Assembly (NCBI GenBank): GCA_965207375.1
Contig: OZ242274.1
Location: forward strand, 1,088,001 to 1,152,000
DNA length: 64,000 bases
Reading direction: 5' to 3'
Source: Nitrosopumilaceae archaeon
Lineage (GTDB): Archaea; Thermoproteota; Nitrososphaeria; Nitrososphaerales; Nitrosopumilaceae
Shown here: positions 38,860 through 48,608 of the stretch, in pieces
How positions within the stretch are numbered: the first letter of the stretch is position 1
How the letters are laid out: each line of letters starts with the position of its first letter
Program-made: the position numbers and the translations under genes
Notes under the pieces: generated by a model
Databases searched by the model: none
What the model was told of the DNA's origin: nothing
What the model saw: the letters and a program-made list of their open reading frames with translations, nothing else

Positions 38860-40553
38860 GTAACATTCCCACTTTCTAAAGTTCCTTATATAGTCAGGCA
38901 GTAAAGCATAAGGATCACCACTATCAGCATAAAATATGCTGCCAGGATTTGATCTTGAGGGAATAGATTGGAAGAATCCCGATGTCAACAGGCTTTTCGA
39001 GGTTCTTACTGAAAAATTTGATCAAATGGATAAACAAATTAAAGATCTACAAAAAGACAATCATCTAAAAGATGTAAAAAGTGAACAAGTGATTGCAGAA
39101 AATAAACAGCTAAAAGAAGAAATGGTTCAACTAAAAAAACTCATAGCAAAGCTGCAAAAGAAAAAAACAAGATCCAGTCATGTCAGTAGCTATAACACCA
39201 GAGAGTACAAGGGATACCCAAAGATCAAAAAACAAAAGACACAGCCAAAATATACACAGCAAGAATCTGAGACTAACAATCTAACCATAGATCACAAGTT
39301 TTGTCCACAATGTGGTAATGCTCTTGCAGATTCATCAAGCAAATACACCAGAAACGGTGAATCAATAATAGACGGCAAATGGTCTAACGTCAATATGACC
39401 ATTGTAGGCAGATACTGCAAAAAATGTGCACAAATGCAATATGCAAAACCTGTTGACTTTTTGTCCAATGAAAAATTTAGCATCACTATAATGGCAAGAA
39501 TTTCTACAATGAGACACCTGACTATATCGTATGGCAAAATACAGAAACTCTTGCAGATGTTTTACGGCAAAAATATGGCAATCTCTACACTAGAAAGACT
39601 TGATGCGCAAGCCTCAAAATGCCTAGAACCGCTCTACTATTCGCTTCTTGATGAGATTACCAAGGCAAAAATCGTAGGAGGTGATGAAACAGGATGGTAT
39701 CTAAACGGCAAACTATGCTGGGCATGGGTGTTTCATTCGATATACACGGTAGTATATCACATCTCACAATCTAGAAGCAAAATGGTATCTGAGACGTTTC
39801 TAAAGGATTTTGAGGGCATACTAATGGGTGACTCTCATCCTGGATGGAGTGTTGCAGACATACTTCAAAAATGCCTGCTACACTATTTCAGGGACATGTA
39901 CAGAACGCTTGAAAAAAATGACAAAAAAGAATTTCAGAGCTTCTTTGATGAACTATACAAGATACTAAAATCTGCAATAAAGCTTGGCAAAAAACATGAC
40001 ACAGTACAGGACATTACAAAGGGCAGTATAACCAAACTGCAAAAAAGAATCAATGCACTTGCTACAGGAACATATGAGGATGAAGATTGTCTCAGATATG
40101 TAAAGCGACTAAAGCGTGAGGGTAACTCTTTGCTGACATTTCTAAAATATGATGGCGTGCCGTACCACAACAACGCAAGCGAGCAGGCAATGCGCATATT
40201 TGCCATAATGCGAAAAGTATTCTACGGTAGTCGCTCAGAGAAAGGCCTCAAAACCACAGAGATACGTCAAAGCATATTTGCCACATGTGAAAGGCGCGAT
40301 GTAAATCCGTATCCGTTTGTCAAGGAATATCTGCGTGGCAATATCAAAGAAATCCCCATTCCAAAAGTCACAGTTGCTGCATGATATAATCAAATGTACA
40401 GTGTATAATACACAAAATTTGATGCTGTATGATCATTTCTATAGTCTGGATATGTTCTGTGCCGGTTCATTGTCGTAAACTGCACTAGGGTTTTACATGC
40501 AGTTTCATGGATCATCTAAAAACCAGAGTAACTTCAGAAGGTCGATCTGTTAC
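38860..40553 (+). mobile_element. Complete IS66-family element (single-ORF type)
   Basis: Ends GTAACA.../...TGTTAC with 8-bp target duplication AAGATGCA (38852-38859, 40554-40561). Confidence 0.92.
38936..40384 (+). CDS. IS66 transposase (TnpC-like)
   Basis: Coiled coil, CPQCG/CKKC zinc finger, GDETGW, GDSH, QKCLLHYFR and HNNASEQAMR motifs. Confidence 0.92.
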   Translation: MLPGFDLEGIDWKNPDVNRLFEVLTEKFDQMDKQIKDLQKDNHLKDVKSEQVIAENKQLKEEMVQLKKLIAKLQKKKTRSSHVSSYNTREYKGYPKIKKQKTQPKYTQQESETNNLTIDHKFCPQCGNALADSSSKYTRNGESIIDGKWSNVNMTIVGRYCKKCAQMQYAKPVDFLSNEKFSITIMARISTMRHLTISYGKIQKLLQMFYGKNMAISTLERLDAQASKCLEPLYYSLLDEITKAKIVGGDETGWYLNGKLCWAWVFHSIYTVVYHISQSRSKMVSETFLKDFEGILMGDSHPGWSVADILQKCLLHYFRDMYRTLEKNDKKEFQSFFDELYKILKSAIKLGKKHDTVQDITKGSITKLQKRINALATGTYEDEDCLRYVKRLKREGNSLLTFLKYDGVPYHNNASEQAMRIFAIMRKVFYGSRSEKGLKTTEIRQSIFATCERRDVNPYPFVKEYLRGNIKEIPIPKVTVAA

Positions 40554-40660
40554 AAGATGCAGCCAAAATATGCGCAGCATATTGTGGCGGTTGAATCAGA
40601 TGGCCTGACTGAGGAAGGGTATCTGGATGGCAGTAGACACGCATAAAAAATAACTACGGA

Positions 40661-41019
40661 TCACCTCTCAGGGCTTCCGACAGGATTTTCACCCCGTCTC
40701 TCCTTGAATTTTTTGCGTTCCTGGTTGTATCGGGATGGTTTTGATGTGGGCATGTTGACACTATCATAAAACGCAAAAAGTTTTGTGTGCTCATCAATCC
40801 TTTTTGCCTGCGTCTGTATTGTTACTGCTTGTTCCTGCACTGTGCCTGTCAGAGCGTTCATTTTATCATGTAATTTGTTAATCTCTTTGTGTAGGATCAC
40901 AACCTCGGATTCGGTCATACGATACAGTGATACATGATATCATCAAAGAGCTTTGGCCTAGTTTTGTATACTTTTATCAAAATCATTTCAACCTTGATTT
41001 GGGCGACCTGAGTTTGTAC
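40661..41019 (-). mobile_element. Stub of a second IS66-type element (left end plus transposase N-terminus 40918-40661)
   Basis: Coiled-coil ORF ending in YDSVNMPTSKPS, resembling an IS66 N-terminus. Putative left end GTACAAACTCAGG at 41019. Confidence 0.55.
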
Positions 41020-41057
41020 AACTAAATCTACCAAATCCGTTTTAATCCGATATTAAT

Positions 41058-41192
41058 ATGAATAATATGTCAAAGGCAAGACAGATAGATGATCTCACTC
41101 CAGAGGAGATAAAAGATATTGAGGAGTATAGAAAATCAAATGACATCGAAAGGAAAACACTACAAGAGATTATAGAGGAACTCAATGGATAA
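41058..41192 (+). CDS. Small acidic antitoxin-like protein (44 aa)
   Basis: MNNMSKARQIDDLTPEEIKDIEEYRKSNDIERKTLQEIIEELNG. Its stop overlaps the toxin start (TAATG). Confidence 0.7.
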   Translation: MNNMSKARQIDDLTPEEIKDIEEYRKSNDIERKTLQEIIEELNG

Positions 41193-41455
41193 TGACGTGG
41201 GACTTTGCCCGCAGACACACGTTTCAAAAACAATTTAAAAATCTAGATAATCACATATAGATGCGTGTAAACAATGCACTAGAGGATCTTGCTAGATCTA
41301 AAAATCCCACAGATCTTGGAACGTACAAGCCTAATATGCAGGTGTTTGCATACGATATGGGGAAATATAGAATAATCTTCAGCGTAAGATATTCTGAAAA
41401 TCTAATAGACCTGATACGTGTCTGTGATCACAAGTCAGCATATGGCAAGGATTGA
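41192..41455 (+). pseudogene. RelE/ParE-family toxin with in-frame TAG at 41258-41260
   Basis: MTWDFARRHTFQKQFKNLDNHI*MRVNNALEDL...GKYRIIFSV...IRVCDHKSAYGKD. Confidence 0.75.
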
Positions 41456-41597
41456 GGTTTTTATTCCTAGGAAATCTAGATGAATCAATCACTAGGATCT
41501 AAACTCAGAATTATGCTATAACTGTGTGCAAAAATTTACACCGCAATTTTCCACATATACGCCACATTATATGAAAATAGAATCATGCTTTGTCTGT

Positions 41598-43346
41598 TTA
41601 AGCCACTTTGTTTTGTCCCTTGTACAGCGTTATGATCTCTTGGTTGGTAGAGGCATCCTCTGCAGCCTTTTCTAGCCTTATTTTTCCTGTAAACTTTGGA
41701 AATCGTAGTGCTAGACCACTGTCTTTTCTGATCGCATTTAATGCTGCCTTGTGTATTGGACTCAGTGTGATCTCAGATGCTACTATCTCAATTACTAGTT
41801 CGGGCTCAAACCAAACGTCTGGCTCCATCTCGCTTTGTATTCTGGGATTTTTTTTAATTGTTACCTTACCTGAGAGTATCTGATATAGCTGATCTAAATA
41901 TTCGTCTGTGAATCCTGTGCCTACCTTGCATGTGCTTGGAAACGTATCTGTTGTGTCATCATAGGCTGCTAAAAGCAGTGTTCCGTATTTTCCAGTTCTT
42001 CGACCTTTTCCAAAAAAGGCTCCAATTACTACTAGATCTAGACTATCTCCAAGCTCATTTCTATACTCTCGTTTTAACTTGAGCCAGTTGTTTCCCCTTG
42101 CACCTGCCTTGTATTTTGCATCGAGCTGTTTTAACATCAATCCTTCACATCCTGCATTGATGCTGTTTTCCAAAAACTCTTCAATTTCATTTTCGTTAGT
42201 CACTGTGGTCATAGTTACATGCTTTGCGTATGCATCCTCCGTAATTATATTTTCTAGAATCTTTCGCCTCTCCTGATATCCTAATTCCAAGCAACTTTTT
42301 CCATTTTGATACAGCACATCAAAGAAATTGACCGTAATTGGATATTGTGTCACTGCCTTTTCTATTCCGTACTTTCTTCTCCGATGCATTAGCTCCTGAA
42401 ACGGCAGAAATTTCCCATTGCTCTCATTTATGGCAACTGCCTCTGCCTCCAAAATCACACTGTCTGCCTTTAGAGCTTTTGGAATTTTTTCTACGATATC
42501 TGGATAGTAACTAGTTATGTTTTCCAAACTTCTTGAAAACAAAATCACCCTTTCTTTTTGTACGTGTATCTGCACCCTCTCACCATCTAGTTTGTATTCT
42601 GCAGCAAAATTGCTGCCCATTTTTTCAATTGCTTCAGATTCGCTTTTGACCCTTTCTGCCAACATCGGTCTGATTGGATTAAATACTGTTATTTGGAATT
42701 CCTGTAATCCTGCTAGTCCTTTCTCAGAAATTACCTCTGCAACTTTACCCAAATCACTTGACACGTTGTAGGCCTGTTCCAAAATATTCCTATTTGATTT
42801 TTCACCCGTATGTGCTATTGCTAATGCATCCATTACTGTATTTTCTGCAATGCCTAATCGTAGTGTTCCAAGAAGTAGTTTTAAAATGAATCGTGATTCT
42901 GTAGGTGTTGCATCGTTTAACAGGCTAGATATGTACTTGATTTTCATGTCTTGGGATTTGGCACCTTCAAGCTTTGCTATTTTGAGCAACGTCTCATAGA
43001 CTCGTTCTACTGTGATATCTTCGATGACAAATGTGGTCTGGGTTTTTTGTTCTAGTATTATTGCTGATGCGATTCCCAAATCCCCACTTTTTGCATATGT
43101 GTCATTTATTTTTTTTATGGGGATGCCAGATGATTTTGAGACTGCTTTGATAGCAAACCTTTCTGCTACTCCTAGTTCGACTCCTTCAAAATCTGGTCTT
43201 AGCTTTCCCTGTATCATGTATACTATCTTTGAAATCATTTGTGTGGGTGTCTTTTCAAATAATTCTACTAAGTACTGTGTAAGCTCTGTTCTTTTTTTAG
43301 TATTTTCCATCTTTTCAAATGTAATAGCAAGAACAGAAAACTCCAC
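41598..43346 (-). CDS. lig: ATP-dependent DNA ligase
   Basis: EYKLDGERVQIH, EGLMLK, WLKLKREY and ALRFPKF motifs. Confidence 0.96.
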   Translation of the reverse strand: MEFSVLAITFEKMENTKKRTELTQYLVELFEKTPTQMISKIVYMIQGKLRPDFEGVELGVAERFAIKAVSKSSGIPIKKINDTYAKSGDLGIASAIILEQKTQTTFVIEDITVERVYETLLKIAKLEGAKSQDMKIKYISSLLNDATPTESRFILKLLLGTLRLGIAENTVMDALAIAHTGEKSNRNILEQAYNVSSDLGKVAEVISEKGLAGLQEFQITVFNPIRPMLAERVKSESEAIEKMGSNFAAEYKLDGERVQIHVQKERVILFSRSLENITSYYPDIVEKIPKALKADSVILEAEAVAINESNGKFLPFQELMHRRRKYGIEKAVTQYPITVNFFDVLYQNGKSCLELGYQERRKILENIITEDAYAKHVTMTTVTNENEIEEFLENSINAGCEGLMLKQLDAKYKAGARGNNWLKLKREYRNELGDSLDLVVIGAFFGKGRRTGKYGTLLLAAYDDTTDTFPSTCKVGTGFTDEYLDQLYQILSGKVTIKKNPRIQSEMEPDVWFEPELVIEIVASEITLSPIHKAALNAIRKDSGLALRFPKFTGKIRLEKAAEDASTNQEIITLYKGQNKVA

Positions 43347-43383
43347 TTTGATTTTTTACCGTACCTTAAATAAAAGTCTGAAT

Positions 43384-43794
43384 CTATATGTATCTGAAAA
43401 TGGTTCTTTTTTCTGATTTTTTGTCGTCTGTTACTAGTGCAAAGTTGCATAGTGGATAGCTCTTTTTGTATTGTTTCATAAAGCTCCATGCTACATCGTG
43501 TGTTTTAAATTCGGTACGGATTCCATCGATTTTTGACTCTTTACCATATACATCAAATACTACTATTGCATACTTTTTAGGTCTATTGTGCGGTCTTGCC
43601 TTCAATAACCATGCCAATGCAAACACAAACACTGCAACTAGCACCACCGTCTCTCCTGCATATTTGAAAAATGACATTACAACATTTGGAATTGTCTGTC
43701 CAAACAGGTGACCTACCGAATATGAGAATGAAATCACTGCAACTACAGTAATCAGATATGTCTTGAGATCAAATAGCTGAGAAAACCAAACCAT
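43384..43794 (-). CDS. Membrane protein, hypothetical
   Basis: Two TM helices followed by a soluble C-terminal domain. Confidence 0.7.
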   Translation of the reverse strand: MVWFSQLFDLKTYLITVVAVISFSYSVGHLFGQTIPNVVMSFFKYAGETVVLVAVFVFALAWLLKARPHNRPKKYAIVVFDVYGKESKIDGIRTEFKTHDVAWSFMKQYKKSYPLCNFALVTDDKKSEKRTIFRYI

Positions 43795-44284
43795 GTATAA
43801 TCTGTATATCTGCTCTTCTTTTAACCTTTTTTTGTATTATCCTCTAATTTGTTCCAGAAATTACAGTACGCACCAGTCAAACAACGCCTGTTGATCTCAC
43901 CATGATGGACATGCCATGTCTGATTCTATTCAAACATAGATGTAGAATCCAAGTTTACCATAGGATCTAGCAACTTGTAATTTCATTGAGTTATAGTGTT
44001 GTAGGATCTGATGATGTGTGCCATATTTGTTGAGGCATCAAAACTGTCCGCCCACTATGCCAAATGGATCAAGTTTGTAAAGTGTAATGTCTGAATTAAA
44101 TCTCAGTTTTTGCATTTCTTTATGCCGAGTCTTTACAAGACAAACTATAATCTTGTAAATTGATTTTTTTACACACAAAACATCTGAAATTTTCCAATCA
44201 AATTATATGTGCAGTTTAATAGATTGGATTTTTATTCATATTCGAGCAGGGCAAGATTCTTGTGATTTTAAGGTATGGTGCAGT

Positions 44285-45421
44285 CTAGTCAGGATCTTCG
44301 TAATTTTGCTTTCTGTTTTCTGTGTCTTGCGCTCCCTCCACAGGCTTCATCTTTGATTTTAGCACGTCCATTCTTGCCTTGTAGCCTTCTGCATATTCTA
44401 GTTCGGATGGAACAAGAGTTGCCGGATGAATAAAACCCTGACTTCTAATTGAAAGTGCTTTCTTTGTAGCTATTTCTCTTATATAATCCCAGTCTGGAGT
44501 AGAAAATCCATCAAACGGTCCGGTAAGTTTTCCGTTGTGCATGCTAAACACAAGTGATTCCACAATTGGAATGCAAAAATCAATTGTAGCTGCCGAGTTT
44601 AGTTTTACTGGCATTAGTGGCATGTTATGACTTCCCCGTGTGTTACCTGCAACATAGTGTGGATTGTTAAACACACTTCCTGCCTCCTCGGTTGCAGGAA
44701 ATCTCTTTTGAGTTCTTACAATACAAATTGGATCATCTTTTCCAACGTATGTTCCTGCTATGTTGTGTAGTCTGTCAGTTGATGCTGCAACAATTGGTTC
44801 ACCGTCTTTGGTTGTAATTGTATCTACAACATATCTTCCCGGATACATCAACGCTGCCTCAATTGTAGGTTTGTCCTCCCATAACAACAGTTCTGCAACC
44901 TCTCCTTTTTCTACGTCCATGATGTTGATTTTGACTCCTTCTGCAAGTGATTTGTTTACAATTAATCCCGTGTTACTTAGTCCGTCAACGAACATTCTAT
45001 AAAATGGATAGTTAAACGCGCCAGGCTCTGTTTTATCTGCTGCAAATACTGTAAATGCTTCATTTGGTCTTTCTTCAAACTCCATTTCAGCCACACCTGG
45101 TCCCATACCCTTGATGTTTCCTGAGAATGAATCCTTTAGCAAATCCTGCCCTGCACCGTACAGTCCCTCCTCTTTTGCAACTTGGGTACCTGCCATGAAT
45201 GCATCCCATGCTAGTTTGTGTATTTGTTGGTTTTGTACCCCACTAGTATGTGTCAAAAGAATATGAACATCATCACCACAATATCCTATGTATCTGTCAA
45301 TCCACAACTCTGAGCTGCCATCAACGATTTTTTTTACTGCGTCTAATAGTCCGTCACTTGGCCTTGTATGGCCGCCGATTCCGCCCACATCTGCCTTGAT
45401 AACTGATACGGTAATTTTCAT
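44285..45421 (-). CDS. fbp: Fructose-1,6-bisphosphate aldolase/phosphatase (class V)
   Basis: SVIKADVG, GLYGAGQDLL, DKTEPGAFN, YVGKDDP and RGSH motifs. Confidence 0.96.
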   Translation of the reverse strand: MKITVSVIKADVGGIGGHTRPSDGLLDAVKKIVDGSSELWIDRYIGYCGDDVHILLTHTSGVQNQQIHKLAWDAFMAGTQVAKEEGLYGAGQDLLKDSFSGNIKGMGPGVAEMEFEERPNEAFTVFAADKTEPGAFNYPFYRMFVDGLSNTGLIVNKSLAEGVKINIMDVEKGEVAELLLWEDKPTIEAALMYPGRYVVDTITTKDGEPIVAASTDRLHNIAGTYVGKDDPICIVRTQKRFPATEEAGSVFNNPHYVAGNTRGSHNMPLMPVKLNSAATIDFCIPIVESLVFSMHNGKLTGPFDGFSTPDWDYIREIATKKALSIRSQGFIHPATLVPSELEYAEGYKARMDVLKSKMKPVEGAQDTENRKQNYEDPD

Positions 45422-45551
45422 GTAGTGACTAGTTTTCCCTTTGATTTATGTGTAAGTTCCGTTTTTTGCTGTACCACAAGAATTTCAAAATAATGGCGTT
45501 TTTATTGTAAAAATCGGAAAGGTAATAAATGCCTTCTAATACGAGGTGTGT

Positions 45552-46850
45552 ATGGCAGATAAAGACCACCTGAACTTGATAGTTACAGGACATATTGATA
45601 ATGGCAAGTCCACAACCATGGGACACTTTTTAATGGATCTCGGCGTTGTAGATGAGAGAACAATAGCAGCACATGCAACTGAATCCGAGAAGACCGGAAA
45701 AGGTGACACATTCAAGTACGCTTGGGTTATGGATAATATCAAAGATGAAAGGGAAAGAGGTATTACAATTGATCTTGCATTTCAAAAATTTGAAACTCCA
45801 AAATACTTTTTTACATTAATTGATGCTCCAGGTCACCGGGATTTCATCAAAAACATGATTACAGGCGCATCTGAGGCAGATGCTGCAGTATTGGTACTTT
45901 CTGCAAAAGAAGGAGAAACTGACACTGCAATTGCAGCAGGCGGTCAGGCAAGAGAGCACGCATTTCTGCTCAAGACTTTGGGTGTAAGCCAGATTATCGT
46001 TGCAATCAACAAGATGGATGATGGCAACTATTCTGAGGAATCATTCAAACTTGCCAAAGAAAAAGGCGAAAAGCTAGTAAAATCCGTAGGTTACAAACTA
46101 GATCAGGTACCGTTTATTCCAGTTTCTGGATGGAAAGGTGACAATTTGGTAAAAAAGTCAGAGAATATGTCGTGGTATACAGGTAAAACACTGTTAGAGG
46201 CATTTGATGACTTTACCGTTGCAGAAAAACCTGTAGGAAAGCCATTACGTGTTCCAATTCAAGACGTTTACACAATTACCGGTGTAGGAACAGTTCCAGT
46301 AGGAAGGGTTGAAACCGGCATCATGAAACCAAATGACAAAATTATCGTAATGCCATCTGGTGCAGTGGGTGAAATCAAATCTATAGAGACACATCATACA
46401 CAACTACCGTCTGCATCTGCTGGTGACAACATTGGTTTTAACCTTAGAGGTATCGAGAAAAAGGATATCAAAAGAGGTGATGTCATGGGAACTCCTGATA
46501 ATCCGCCAAAGGTAGCAAAAGAATTCAAAGCCCAGATTATAGTCATACATCATCCAACGGCAATTGCACCAGGATACACTCCTGTAATGCACTGTCATAC
46601 ATCTCAGGTGGCAGCAACTGTAACAGAGTTTCTTGCCAAGATTAATCCTGCAACCGGTGCAAGCGATGAAGAAAATCCAAAATTCCTCAAAGTTGGCGAC
46701 TCTGCAATCGTAAAGATTAGACCTGTAAGACCTACTCCGATTGAAACATTCCAAGAGTATCCGGAGATGGGCAGATTTGCTCTCAGAGACATGGGCGCAA
46801 CCATTGCAGCCGGAATTGTCAAGGAAGTTACCGAAGAGCACAAACCCTAG
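45552..46850 (+). CDS. tuf: Elongation factor 1-alpha
   Basis: GHIDNGKST, ERERGITID, DAPGHRDF and NKMD motifs. Confidence 0.98.
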   Translation: MADKDHLNLIVTGHIDNGKSTTMGHFLMDLGVVDERTIAAHATESEKTGKGDTFKYAWVMDNIKDERERGITIDLAFQKFETPKYFFTLIDAPGHRDFIKNMITGASEADAAVLVLSAKEGETDTAIAAGGQAREHAFLLKTLGVSQIIVAINKMDDGNYSEESFKLAKEKGEKLVKSVGYKLDQVPFIPVSGWKGDNLVKKSENMSWYTGKTLLEAFDDFTVAEKPVGKPLRVPIQDVYTITGVGTVPVGRVETGIMKPNDKIIVMPSGAVGEIKSIETHHTQLPSASAGDNIGFNLRGIEKKDIKRGDVMGTPDNPPKVAKEFKAQIIVIHHPTAIAPGYTPVMHCHTSQVAATVTEFLAKINPATGASDEENPKFLKVGDSAIVKIRPVRPTPIETFQEYPEMGRFALRDMGATIAAGIVKEVTEEHKP

Positions 46851-46860
46851 GTTGAGTTAG

Positions 46861-47169
46861 TTGCCTCAATCTGCCCGAATCAAACTCACAAGCACTAGTC
46901 TTCCTAAACTAGATGGTGTTTGTGGCGAGATTATGGGTATTGGTAAAAAAACCGGTGTCAAGGTCAAAGGTCCAACTCCGCTTCCTGTTAAAAAATTACA
47001 TGTGGCTACCAGAAAATCTCCCTGTGGCAGCGGTACTGAAACCTATGAAAAATGGGAAATGAGAATGCACAGAAGAATTATTGACATTAATGCAGATGAC
47101 AAAGCAATACGACAGTTAATGAGATTAAAAATACCTGATGACGTCTATATTGAACTGTCATTGACATAG
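46861..47169 (+). CDS. rpsJ: 30S ribosomal protein S10
   Basis: GPTPLP, RKSPCGSG and WEMRMHRR motifs, following tuf. Confidence 0.96.
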   Translation: MPQSARIKLTSTSLPKLDGVCGEIMGIGKKTGVKVKGPTPLPVKKLHVATRKSPCGSGTETYEKWEMRMHRRIIDINADDKAIRQLMRLKIPDDVYIELSLT

Positions 47170-47181
47170 GAGAGAAAAAAA

Positions 47182-47373
47182 ATGTCCGAAGAGTCTATTG
47201 AAACACAAGAGCCGCAAACTGAAACCTTTGATGTGATTTATTCGTGCCTGAGATGTGGTACAAATGTTTCTAATAACGAACTAAACAGACTACCTGAAAT
47301 CAAATGCATCTGTGGATTTAGGGTATTTACCAAAGTCAGGCCACCTGTTGTAAAGTCAGTCAAGGCAGTCTGA
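47182..47373 (+). CDS. rpoP: RNA polymerase subunit Rpo12 (P)
   Basis: YSCLRCG...KCICGFRVFTKVRP. Confidence 0.85.
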   Translation: MSEESIETQEPQTETFDVIYSCLRCGTNVSNNELNRLPEIKCICGFRVFTKVRPPVVKSVKAV

Positions 47374-47374
47374 G

Positions 47375-47578
47375 TTATCTGTCTTTTTTGTAACTGTGAT
47401 TTTTTTGTAAATGAGTTCTCATATCCTGCATATTTGAAAAATTTTTACCGCATTTTTTGCAATCATATGGATTGTTTTTGTAATGAACCACCTGCATATG
47501 TTGCATTAACTGCTCCTTTTGTGAAAATTTTAATTGGCACAGATTACATTGATGTTTTTTAAACGGCCACATGTTCAT
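47375..47578 (-). CDS. C2H2 zinc-finger protein (two fingers)
   Basis: CNLC..F..L..HMQVVH and CKKC..F..M..HLQKNH. Confidence 0.88.
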   Translation of the reverse strand: MNMWPFKKHQCNLCQLKFSQKEQLMQHMQVVHYKNNPYDCKKCGKNFSNMQDMRTHLQKNHSYKKDR

Positions 47579-47985
47579 CCGTGTTTTGCCTTTTGTTCAT
47601 CCCAACACGTCCTGCACATTTGGCCTTCTATCTTCCATTTTGGTTTTGGATTGTACCTGATCAATCCAATCTTGCCATTACACATTACGCAAAAGTTCTT
47701 TTTTTCATGATACATTGACTCTTTTTTATCAAAGCATTGCTTGCACAGTAGGCCGTCCATGTCCCACTGCCATCTAGGCTCCCACAACTCTGAAATTTTC
47801 TGTGTTGTACCGCACATCTTACACGGTTGTCTTACCTTTGCCTCGTAGAATTCCTTGGATTTGTCAACATGACAGTTGCCGCACAATTTGCCTTTGATAT
47901 TCCACTCTCTTTTTGGCTTGTGCTTGTGGGTCAATTCCTTTTTACAAATTGCACAGTACTCTACTTTTTTGCTAAAGAGGCCCAT
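47575..47985 (-). CDS. Triple-repeat CxxC zinc-binding protein
   Basis: Three CxxC-...PxxxW.I.G.LCxxC units. Confidence 0.85.
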   Translation of the reverse strand: MGLFSKKVEYCAICKKELTHKHKPKREWNIKGKLCGNCHVDKSKEFYEAKVRQPCKMCGTTQKISELWEPRWQWDMDGLLCKQCFDKKESMYHEKKNFCVMCNGKIGLIRYNPKPKWKIEGQMCRTCWDEQKAKHG

Positions 47986-48312
47986 AATATCACTTGTTTA
48001 CATCTGATTAAAAATGATTTTGGATTGGGGTTATGTAGATCTAAACTAAGTTTTCTTGATGCGGTGAGGCGTTTTGAATAAGTGTAAATTTACTTGTTCC
48101 TATTATCTGAGATGCACTGCCCTTTGTAGCTAGTATCTGTTTTGCTTTTTTGGTTCTTGCATTCATTGAACCATCACCTCACAAATTATAGTATAAAATA
48201 ACGAGGATTAAGGCGTGAAAATGCAAAGTATGAGTACATGTCAAAAATAATATATTTTCAGGTTTGTATATCACCAACAGAATCCTAGATTCAAAACAAA
48301 AAGAAACAACGA

Positions 48313-48438
48313 CTAGGAGTCGTCAAGAATTTTCTCAATTGCTTGGCTTGCATTTAGCATACCCTGCTGTTTTGCAAATTCTTCGATCATTTTGTATTGC
48401 TCATTTGTAAAGCAAATTGGCATCAAGCGTTTTACCAT
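48313..48438 (-). CDS. Small ribbon-helix-helix-like protein (41 aa)
   Basis: Read by hand: MVKRLMPICFTNEQYKMIEEFAKQQGMLNASQAIEKILDDS. Confidence 0.65.
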   Translation of the reverse strand: MVKRLMPICFTNEQYKMIEEFAKQQGMLNASQAIEKILDDS

Positions 48439-48608
48439 GTGTTGACTGGACCTCTTTATTTAATATGCTTTATGATTGCAATTTATGTATGAAAAAATCA
48501 GGTCTGTTTTGAATTTTTCTGATCTGCAAGTGTAATGTTCTGTACCAAAATGTGGCCCGAGTCTTTATTGCTTTGATAGAATTTTATACCTATGTTTAAC
48601 AGCCAAAA

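Noticed and set aside
43800-44280. Long intergenic gaps (also 25216-25539, 48000-48300, 50990-51310) as ncRNA loci
   Set aside because: No tRNA, rRNA, SRP or RNase P signatures were recognised. They are more likely eroded genes, but I cannot assign them.
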